Shown: one piece after another, positions 35,716 through 42,676 of the stretch
Position numbering within the stretch: position 1 is the first letter of the stretch
Layout of the letters: each line of letters opens with the position of its first letter
Source of the DNA: an uncultured bacterium
GTDB lineage: Bacteria > CAYJRR01
Direction: 5' to 3'
Length of the DNA stretch: 42,676 bases
Assembly (NCBI GenBank): GCA_964372275.1
Contig: CAYJRR010000019.1
Coordinates: forward strand, 1-42,676
Translations under genes and position numbers: made by a program
Notes under the pieces: model-generated
The model's database searches: none
What the model saw: the letters and a program-made list of their open reading frames with translations, nothing else
What the model was told of the DNA's origin: nothing

Positions 35716-36606
35716 ATGACTCGTCTTCGCGTTTCGAGGCGTCGGATTGCGCCGGTGCTCGCGGCGGTCCTGGTTCTTACGGCCACACGGGCGTTCGCCC
35801 ATCGGGCGTCGTCCTGCGATGCGCCGGAGGGGGCGGAGGCGCTCTCGCCGATCGCCGAGGCGATCTCTTCGTCGGCGTCGCTCGGCCCCACCGCGGCGCA
35901 AGCGGCCGATGCGCTCGCGGCGGAGGTGACGGGAGGATTCGACCGACTCGGAATCGAGGGAACGATCCGCCGGCGCGACCTGCGACGCCGCTTCGCCAAC
36001 TACGCCAATCTGGGCGACTTCGTTCGGCGCCTGCTCGGCCACCTCGGACGGACCTCGGCGACTCGCGCCGAGATCGAAGCGGCCGTCCGACCGTGGGCGC
36101 TCGCGGCGCTCGCGCCGTTGACCGGTCCGGACGGCGCCGTCTCCGGTCGGTTTGCCGACTACGACGAGATCCTGCTCTGGCGCGCCGTCGAGCGGGCGCG
36201 GGAGGAGAACGAGTTCACGGCGGCGCGCAATCCGTCCGGCGTCGACCTGCGGCTCCTGCGCGAGCGATGGGAGGGGCTCGACGCCCCGCGCGGCGAGCGG
36301 ACCTTCCTCCGCCCGATGGTGCTCGGGCGCGGCCGTTCGCTCGCCACGCTCAGGCGTCGGTTCGACCTCGGCGGCGCCCGCCTGCGCGCCCAGGGCGTCG
36401 ACGCGGTCGACTCCTTCTTCGCCGGATGGAACGACCCGGCCGCCGTCGCCGGAACGGAGCCGATCCAGGCGGCGATGCGGAGCCCCGGGATCGTGTCTCG
36501 CTACCACCTCCGCGAGACCGGGGACTCGGGCTACGTCGCCGACACGCTCGTCGTCGTCGACGAGCACGGCCAGGCATGGGCCCTACGCGCCTCCCGCGCC
36601 GACTGA
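35716..36606 (+). CDS. Secreted hypothetical protein
   Basis: Strong RBS, signal peptide ending AFA, upstream sigma54 site. Confidence 0.7.
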   Translation: MTRLRVSRRRIAPVLAAVLVLTATRAFAHRASSCDAPEGAEALSPIAEAISSSASLGPTAAQAADALAAEVTGGFDRLGIEGTIRRRDLRRRFANYANLGDFVRRLLGHLGRTSATRAEIEAAVRPWALAALAPLTGPDGAVSGRFADYDEILLWRAVERAREENEFTAARNPSGVDLRLLRERWEGLDAPRGERTFLRPMVLGRGRSLATLRRRFDLGGARLRAQGVDAVDSFFAGWNDPAAVAGTEPIQAAMRSPGIVSRYHLRETGDSGYVADTLVVVDEHGQAWALRASRAD

Positions 36607-36615
36607 CGGTCTCGC

Positions 36616-36643
36616 CCGAGCCGATCGGATCCGATCGGCTCGG
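36616..36643. repeat. Perfect 28-bp palindrome related to the 34192 element
   Basis: CCGAGCCGATCGGATCCGATCGGCTCGG. Confidence 0.9.
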
Positions 36644-36688
36644 ATCGCGCGGAATCTCCAGCGCTTACACGAAACTCCGTCACCGCCC

Positions 36689-36740
36689 TGTCTATTTTTT
36701 TGACACTCGGCTGGACAAGGGTCCCGTCTCCCGATAGTCT
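36689..36740 (+). promoter_or_regulatory. Putative sigma70 promoter with adjacent TGTC-N9-GACA palindrome
   Basis: TGTC-TATTTTTTT-GACA (36689-36705); TGGACA-N17-TAGTCT (36712-36740). Confidence 0.45.
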
Positions 36741-36788
36741 CGCGCGCGCTTTTTTCGCCCGGGGAGGGCGAGTTCCGTCAGGGAGACC

Positions 36789-38369
36789 ATGTCGCTGCTC
36801 GACCGCTACGAGAATCTCCACGTCGTCGTCCGCCTCCGGGAGCTGGTCCGGAAGTGGTGGAAGATCGAGGTCTCCTTCGCCAGCCGGCGCGGCTTCGTCC
36901 TCGATCACGCCCGCGGAAAGATCGTCCCCCCCCCGAAGAACGCCTTCTGCCAGATGTTCCTGAGCTCGAAGCGGGGATTGGCTTCGTGCGACGACTCGGT
37001 TCGCAAGGCGACGGAGGAGGCGCGGCAGATCGGCCGGTCGAAGGCGTTCATCACCAAGAGCTGCCACGCCGGATTCCCGATGATCGTCGTCCCCGTCTAC
37101 ATCAAGGGACGCTTCTACGGGATCGTCTTCGCCGGCGGATTCTTGATCGACGACCGGTCGGCGGAGTTCGACCCGGCGGCGTTGTTCGACGTCGCCAGGC
37201 CCTTCAATTCGCTCAAGGTCGACTTCGACCGCGCCTTCGCCGAGATCCCGCGGTTGAGCCTCCACGAGCTCGACCACCTGGCCGAGATCCTGGAGATCGG
37301 AGTGCAGGAGATCGAGGCCTACCACCTGGAGATCGCCAAGAAGGAGCGGGTGATCTCGACCCTCACCCGGGAGCTGAAGGACCGCTACCGCTTCGACCGC
37401 ATCATCGGCAAGAGCGCGCCGATGAAGTCCCTCTACGAGCTGCTCGACAAGATCTGCAGCAGCGACTCCACCATCCTGGTGCAGGGGGAGAACGGGACGG
37501 GGAAGGAGCTGGTCGCTCGCGCGGTGCACTTCAACAGTCCCCGGCGCGATCAGCCGTTCGTCATCCAGAACTGCTCCGCCTTCAACGACAACCTCCTCGA
37601 CTCGGAGCTGTTCGGACACGTGAAGGGCTCGTTCACCGGCGCCATCCGCGACAAGAAAGGTCTGTTCGAGATCGCCGACGGCGGCACCTTCTTCCTCGAC
37701 GAGATCGGGGACATGACCCCCGCGCTGCAGGTCAAGGTGCTGCGCGTCCTCCAGGAAGGGACCTTCATCCCGGTCGGTTCGACCGAGCCGAAGAAGGTCG
37801 ACGTCCGCATCCTGGCGGCCACCAACAAGGACCTGCGGAAGATGGTCGACGAGGGGACGTTCCGCGAGGACCTCTACTACCGCATCAACGTCATCAACAT
37901 CACCGTCCCGGCGCTGCGCAAGCGGAAGGAGGACATCCCGATGTTGATCGACCACTTCCTCCAGGCGCGCGCCGAGCACGCCGCCAAGACGCGCGGGGCG
38001 AAGGGGCTGCCCAAAAAGATCAGCAAGAAGGCGATGCGCCGGCTGCTGGAGTACGACTGGCCGGGGAACATCCGCGAGCTGGAGAACGAGATCGAGCGGC
38101 TGGTGGTGCTGGCCGGCGACGACGAGGTGATCACCGAGGAGAGTCTCTCCACCAAGATCCTCGAGGGATCGAGCCGCGGCGAGGAGATCCGGCTGAAGGG
38201 GCGCTTGCGGGACGCGCTGGAGCAAGTAGAGAAGGAGATGATCACCGACGGCCTCACCCGGACCAACGGGAACAAGACCCGCCTGGCCAAGGAGCTGGGG
38301 ATCAGCCGCGCGAACCTGATCATGAAGGTGCAGAAGTACAACCTGGAGCGGGCAATGAGGAGGGCGTAG
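36789..38369 (+). CDS. sigma54-dependent enhancer-binding protein with N-terminal PocR sensor domain and Fis HTH
   Basis: PocR-like FC...C...SCHAGF..VPV..G...GG; AAA+ GENGTGKE, SELFGH, GSFTGA, FLDEIG, FREDLYYR, WPGNIREL; C-terminal HTH. Confidence 0.93.
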   Translation: MSLLDRYENLHVVVRLRELVRKWWKIEVSFASRRGFVLDHARGKIVPPPKNAFCQMFLSSKRGLASCDDSVRKATEEARQIGRSKAFITKSCHAGFPMIVVPVYIKGRFYGIVFAGGFLIDDRSAEFDPAALFDVARPFNSLKVDFDRAFAEIPRLSLHELDHLAEILEIGVQEIEAYHLEIAKKERVISTLTRELKDRYRFDRIIGKSAPMKSLYELLDKICSSDSTILVQGENGTGKELVARAVHFNSPRRDQPFVIQNCSAFNDNLLDSELFGHVKGSFTGAIRDKKGLFEIADGGTFFLDEIGDMTPALQVKVLRVLQEGTFIPVGSTEPKKVDVRILAATNKDLRKMVDEGTFREDLYYRINVINITVPALRKRKEDIPMLIDHFLQARAEHAAKTRGAKGLPKKISKKAMRRLLEYDWPGNIRELENEIERLVVLAGDDEVITEESLSTKILEGSSRGEEIRLKGRLRDALEQVEKEMITDGLTRTNGNKTRLAKELGISRANLIMKVQKYNLERAMRRA

Positions 38370-38376
38370 GGCCGAC

Positions 38377-39501
38377 ATGGCCCGGCGCCCGCCGAAGCGG
38401 CCCCCGGCCCGGTCCCCGGGCTCGCGCGCCACCGACGGGGGGCGGGCGGCGCGACGGCGGATCGCGGCGGCCGTGGCGATCGCCGCGTCGAGTCGGCCTA
38501 GGTCGTCGGCGAACCGGAGTTCCGTCGCCTTGCCCGACGGGCGCGAGCGCCGGATCGGGCCGGCCGATCGGCGGGCGGTGCCGCGCGGCCCCGACCGTCG
38601 CGCCGGACCGGCGACCGCCGCCCGGATGGCGCGGGTGCGGATCGGCCGCGACGTCGACTACATCCGTGGAAAGATCGGGGACGGCGATTGGCGGGAGGTG
38701 GTGCGCGTCGTCGGCGGCATCGCCGGCGAGGTGGGGAGCCTGCTCCTCTCGGCCGGCATCTACCCCTTGGGTCTGATCGGGATCGACGTTCCGAACGTCG
38801 ATCCGGCACCGTCCAAGCGAGCCGACCTGCCGCTGGAGCTCCCTCCGCACCGGAACCGACGCGTCCGGGCGCCGCTCTCTTCCCGGGGGGCGGCGATGCC
38901 GGCGGAGGCGCGGCCGGTGGTGCTCGTCCACGGTTGGTTCCACAACCGGACCGGGATGACGCTGATGGCCCGACGCCTCCGCGCCGCCGGTCGGAGCCAG
39001 GTCTTCCCGGTCGACCTGCCGACCGCCACCAGCGGCGTCCAGAAGCTGGCCGCGATCCTCGGCGCGAAGGTCGACCGCATCCGGGAGCTCACCGGCGCGA
39101 CCCAGGTCGATCTCGTCGCCCACTCGCTTGGAGGGCTCGTCGCTCGCTGGTGGCTGCACCACATGGGAGGGGCGGCGACGCTGCGCAACCTGGTGACGCT
39201 CGGCAGCCCGCACCGGGGCACGGCGATGGCCGCGTTCGTGCCGATCGGGTCGGGCAAGGCGGTGGCGATCGGGAGCGACGTGGTGCGCGGGCTCGACCTC
39301 CCTCCGCCGGACGGGGTGCGCGTCACCTCGATCTGGTCGGACATGGACTACCTGATCCTGCCCCCCGACGACACCGACCTGCCCGGGCCGCGGAACGGCT
39401 CGGTGCGGAGCGTGCGCGTCACGCACGTGGGCCACCTCTCGCTGCTCTACTCCCGCAAGGTCTTCGACGAGGTCTTGCGCGCGCTCGCCGACGACGGGTA
39501 G
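38377..39501 (+). CDS. Alpha/beta hydrolase (lipase/esterase)
   Basis: PVVLVHG, AHSLGG nucleophile elbow, TLGSPHRGT, Asp in SDMDYL, GHLSLL. Start could be a downstream ATG (MARVRIG). Confidence 0.88.
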   Translation: MARRPPKRPPARSPGSRATDGGRAARRRIAAAVAIAASSRPRSSANRSSVALPDGRERRIGPADRRAVPRGPDRRAGPATAARMARVRIGRDVDYIRGKIGDGDWREVVRVVGGIAGEVGSLLLSAGIYPLGLIGIDVPNVDPAPSKRADLPLELPPHRNRRVRAPLSSRGAAMPAEARPVVLVHGWFHNRTGMTLMARRLRAAGRSQVFPVDLPTATSGVQKLAAILGAKVDRIRELTGATQVDLVAHSLGGLVARWWLHHMGGAATLRNLVTLGSPHRGTAMAAFVPIGSGKAVAIGSDVVRGLDLPPPDGVRVTSIWSDMDYLILPPDDTDLPGPRNGSVRSVRVTHVGHLSLLYSRKVFDEVLRALADDG

Positions 39502-39545
39502 GTCCTCCTCAACGGGGCCGCTTTTGTCTACAGTGCTCCGGGTCC

Positions 39546-40637
39546 GTGGGCGCGTCCCTACTCGACAAGCGGTTCCTGATCGTCTCCGGCAAGGGCGGGG
39601 TCGGGAAGACGACCGTGGCGGCGGCGGCGGCGGTGGCGGCGGCGAAGCGGGGCAAGCGCGTCGCGATCCTCGAGCTCGGGGAGCACGAGCGGGTTCCGCC
39701 GCTGTTCGGCTCGAAGAAGGCCGGATACGAAGGGGCCCGCCTGTGGAGCGACGGCCAGGGGGTCCGGGGGAGGCCCGCGGGGGAGCGCGAACGCGCGCAG
39801 GGGGTTCGGGGGGGTCCCCCGAGGGAGCGCGAAGGCGCGGACGGTCCCGCCTCCGCCGGCTCGGTCACGTCGTTCTGCCTGACCCCGCGCGAGGCGTTGC
39901 ACGAGTTCGTGATCCGGCAGGTGCGGTTCGAGCGCATCTACGAGGCGGTCTTCGAGAACCGGATCATCAAGTACTTCACCACCGGCGCGCCGGGGCTCGA
40001 CGAGCTGGTCGTCATGGGCAAGATCGAGAACCTGGAGCAGGAGCGGATGAAGAACCCGCCGAAGAGGCTGCTCAAGGAGAACGGCGGAGAACCGCCGCCG
40101 CGGTTCGACCTGATCGTCTTCGACGCGCCGGCGACCGGCCACGGCCTCGGTTTCTTCAAGGTGCCGCAGATGACGATGCGGATGACGCGGCTCGGTCCCT
40201 TCTTCCGCAAGGCGGAACGGATGCACCGCCTCCTCACCGACCCGGAGCGCACGGCGCTGGCGATCGTCACCCTGGCGGAAGAGATGCCGGTCAACGAGAC
40301 GGTCGACCTGCACCAGGCCGCCTCCGATCTCGGGCTTCCGCCGGGGAAACTGGTCGTCAACGGGCTCTTCCCGGCCCTGTTCGATCCGGAGGAGGACGAG
40401 CTGCTCGACCGCCTCAAGGACGGCGCCAAGCCGAAGCAGGGGCCCGCCGGGGCGATCGCCGGATTCGCGCTGGCCAGCGCGGTGAGCGCCCGTGCGCGGC
40501 AGCGGATGCACGAGGAGAACCTGCGCCGGCTGGAGCGGGAGGTTCCGCTCGCGCGCGTCGATCTCCCGTTTCTGTTTCGTCCCCGTATCGGTGTCGAGGA
40601 GATCGAGCTCCTCGCCGGAAAGCTGAAGGACCTGTAG
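39546..40637 (+). CDS. ArsA/Get3-family ATPase, subunit 1
   Basis: SGKGGVGKTT, APGLDEL, DAPATGH, LAEEMPVNET; GTG start at 39546. Confidence 0.9.
   Translation: MGASLLDKRFLIVSGKGGVGKTTVAAAAAVAAAKRGKRVAILELGEHERVPPLFGSKKAGYEGARLWSDGQGVRGRPAGERERAQGVRGGPPREREGADGPASAGSVTSFCLTPREALHEFVIRQVRFERIYEAVFENRIIKYFTTGAPGLDELVVMGKIENLEQERMKNPPKRLLKENGGEPPPRFDLIVFDAPATGHGLGFFKVPQMTMRMTRLGPFFRKAERMHRLLTDPERTALAIVTLAEEMPVNETVDLHQAASDLGLPPGKLVVNGLFPALFDPEEDELLDRLKDGAKPKQGPAGAIAGFALASAVSARARQRMHEENLRRLEREVPLARVDLPFLFRPRIGVEEIELLAGKLKDL
39756..39839 (+). repeat. In-frame 2 x 42-bp REP-like tandem repeat inside the ATPase gene
   Basis: Units 39756-39797 and 39798-39839 are 36/42 identical; the second holds a TCGGGGG-GGT-CCCCCGA hairpin. 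Confidence 0.8.
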
Positions 40638-40640
40638 CGC

Positions 40641-41822
40641 ATGAAGGAGAGGCCCCGGGACGAGCTGGCCCGCCTGCTTCTCGAGAAGCGGGTGGTGGTC
40701 TGCGTCGGGAGCGGTGGCGTCGGCAAGACGACCACCAGCGCCGCGCTCGCGCTCAAGGCGGCCGAGCTCGGCCGGAAGGCGTGCGTCCTGACGATCGACC
40801 CTGCGAAGCGCCTGGCCAATTCGCTCGGACTGAAGGCGCTCGGGAACCACGAGGCCCGCATCCGGATCGGGCCCGCCTCCGGAATCGAGGCGGCCGACGG
40901 TCAGCTCTGGGCGATGATGCTCGACACCAAGCGCACCTGGGACGAGCTGATCGGCCGCTTCGCCGCCGACGCCGCCGCGCGCGACCGGATCCTGGCGAAC
41001 CCCTACTACCAGCAGATCTCCAGCGCCCTGTCGGGAAGCACCGAGTTCATGGCGATGGAGAAGCTCTACGAGCTCCACGAGGAGGGGCGATACGACCTGC
41101 TCGTGCTCGACACCCCGCCCACCCGGCACGCGCTCGATTTTCTGGACGCGCCGAAGAAGATGATCGGGCTGATGGACGAGGGGGTGATCCGGCTCCTGGT
41201 GAGCCCGTCGGTGCGCGCCGGTCGGCTGGGGCTGGGGATGCTGCGCAGCTCCACCGCCTTCCTGTTCGGCGTGCTCGAGCGGGTGACCGGCTTCGAGGTG
41301 ATGCGGGATCTCGCCGACTTCGTGGGGAGCTTCGGCGGCATGTACGGCGGCTTCCAGCAACGCGCCGCGCGCGTGCAGGAGCTCCTCCGCCAGGACGACA
41401 CTGCCTTCCTGCTGGTGACGAGCCCCAACCACTCGACGGTGGAGGAGGCGATCTACTTCCATCGCCGGCTGTCGGAGTACGGACTCCCCTTCGGCGGGTT
41501 CGTCGTCAACCGCGTGCACGCCGATCCGCTCGCGGGGAACGGCCTCAAGACCGAGTGGCGGCGGATGCGGCGCGACCCGGCAGCGCTCCTGACCGCGCTC
41601 GGATCGGGGGTCCGGGGCAAGGCGGCCGAATCGCTCGCCGAGCGGATGGCGCAGAACTTCGAGAACTTCCAGGCGCTGGCGGAGGTCGACCGGGCGCAGA
41701 TCGAGCTTTTGCGCGAGAGCTGCGACGGGAAGAGCTTCTGGCGCGAGGTCCCGCAGCTCGACCTCGACGTGCACGACCTGTCGGGGTTGGTGGCGATCAA
41801 CGCGCACCTGTTCGGACATTGA
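40641..41822 (+). CDS. ArsA/Get3-family ATPase, subunit 2
   Basis: GSGGVGKTT, TIDPAKRLANSLG, EFMAMEKL, DTPPTRHALDFLDAP. Confidence 0.92.
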   Translation: MKERPRDELARLLLEKRVVVCVGSGGVGKTTTSAALALKAAELGRKACVLTIDPAKRLANSLGLKALGNHEARIRIGPASGIEAADGQLWAMMLDTKRTWDELIGRFAADAAARDRILANPYYQQISSALSGSTEFMAMEKLYELHEEGRYDLLVLDTPPTRHALDFLDAPKKMIGLMDEGVIRLLVSPSVRAGRLGLGMLRSSTAFLFGVLERVTGFEVMRDLADFVGSFGGMYGGFQQRAARVQELLRQDDTAFLLVTSPNHSTVEEAIYFHRRLSEYGLPFGGFVVNRVHADPLAGNGLKTEWRRMRRDPAALLTALGSGVRGKAAESLAERMAQNFENFQALAEVDRAQIELLRESCDGKSFWREVPQLDLDVHDLSGLVAINAHLFGH

Positions 41823-41839
41823 CGGAAGGGAGAAGCGTC

Positions 41840-42256
41840 GTGCAGAGCCTGAAGGTCCAGACCACGGAGAAGCAGTCGATGATCGACGTCACGCGCATGG
41901 TCGCGTCGCGGGTGCGCGAGTCGGGCGTCGGCACCGGAACCGCGGTCGTCTTCTGCCCCCACACCACCGCCGGGGTGACGATCCAGGAGAACTCCGATCC
42001 CGACGTGAAGGCCGACCTGCTCGACGCGCTGGAGCGCGCCGTCCCGACCAAGGGGAAATACCGTCACGCCGAGGGGAACGCCGCCGCGCACATCAAGTCG
42101 TCGCTGATCGGCTCCAGCGTCACCGTCTTCGTCGAGAACCGGAAGCTGGTCCTCGGGCGCTGGCAGGCGATCTTCTTCTGCGACTTCGACGGCCCCCGCG
42201 AACGCACGCTCCTGGTCCGCATCGAACCGTCCGGGATCGAGCGCTCCGTCGGCTAG
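41840..42256 (+). CDS. yjbQ: YjbQ/UPF0047 family protein (secondary thiamine-phosphate synthase)
   Basis: HTTAGVTIQENSDPDV, HAEGNAAAHIKSSL, LGRWQAIFFCDFDGPR. Confidence 0.92.
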   Translation: MQSLKVQTTEKQSMIDVTRMVASRVRESGVGTGTAVVFCPHTTAGVTIQENSDPDVKADLLDALERAVPTKGKYRHAEGNAAAHIKSSLIGSSVTVFVENRKLVLGRWQAIFFCDFDGPRERTLLVRIEPSGIERSVG

Positions 42257-42675
42257 TTCATGAAGAGCTGGTCGATCGGGGTGATCGTCGCCGTCGGCCA
42301 CTCGATCGTCAGGACGTCCCACACGCTGCCGGTCTGGGGCAGGATCTTCTGCCCTTCCCAGAGGAGCTGGCCGGAGACGTAGATCTTGATCCGGGCTTCG
42401 CTGGCGCCGTCCAGGTCCTGCGAGAAGTAGTGGACGAAGACGCGGTAGGTGCCCGGGACCGGCTGGTGGATGTTGATGTTCTCCGGACCAAACCCTTCGG
42501 TGTCGTCGATGTCGAGGGTCGGGTCGTCGGCCTCCGAGGAGGAGCTCCCCCAGTTCGGCTCCCGGTTGCCGTAGAAGCAGTCGTAGGGCGATTCGTAGAA
42601 GGAGCCGCCGCTGGAGACGTTCACCAGGTGGAGGTCGACGTCGGAGGTCGGAGTGTCCCAGGCCAGCTCGACGTG
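42253..42675 (-). CDS. DUF2135/YfaP-domain protein, 3' part (start outside the window)
   Basis: VELAWDTPTSDVDLHL...LDIDDTEGFGPENINI...GTYRVFVHYF. Confidence 0.85.
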   Translation of the reverse strand, partial: HVELAWDTPTSDVDLHLVNVSSGGSFYESPYDCFYGNREPNWGSSSSEADDPTLDIDDTEGFGPENINIHQPVPGTYRVFVHYFSQDLDGASEARIKIYVSGQLLWEGQKILPQTGSVWDVLTIEWPTATITPIDQLFMN

Positions 42676-42676
42676 G

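Noticed and set aside
39546..41822. Arsenic resistance operon
   Set aside because: No arsR/arsB/arsC/arsD nearby; motifs fit the tandem Get3-like pair.
1..42676. Selenoprotein (UGA read-through) within the window
   Set aside because: The TGA stops I checked end complete proteins or overlap the next start; no Cys-equivalent TGA with a plausible continuation was seen. A bSECIS scan was not run.

Overview
High-GC bacterial scaffold with one 100-N gap at 15774-15873. Gene content (DUF4388, MJ0042 zinc ribbon, myxobacterial-type TonB-dependent receptor, Cu type II monooxygenase lipoprotein, sigma54 promoters) suggests Myxococcota or a related deltaproteobacterium (inference). Left to right: (1) minus-strand Wzy-type exopolysaccharide operon (O-antigen ligase/polymerase, Wzc, OPX, OM beta-barrel) headed by two unusual periplasmic genes with PelC/CsgG-like domains, then a DUF4388-TM-TPR gene; (2) a PEPCK/HprK-like P-loop protein, cyaY and a BNR lipoprotein; (3) a Cu monooxygenase lipoprotein, two divergent sigma54-promoted secreted proteins and tRNA-Sec (selC); (4) an NfeD + two-flotillin operon; (5) TBDR-lipoprotein-TonB; (6) zinc ribbon-TolC-lptF-lptG operon; (7) PhaR-like gene, a palindrome-flanked PadR/MotA-like + hypothetical block, a PocR-sigma54 activator, a lipase, an ArsA/Get3 pair, yjbQ and a partial DUF2135 gene. 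No integrase, transposase, CRISPR or defence system was seen. Most long ORFs in the supplied track are GC shadow ORFs. All family assignments come from motif recognition by eye, not from database searches.
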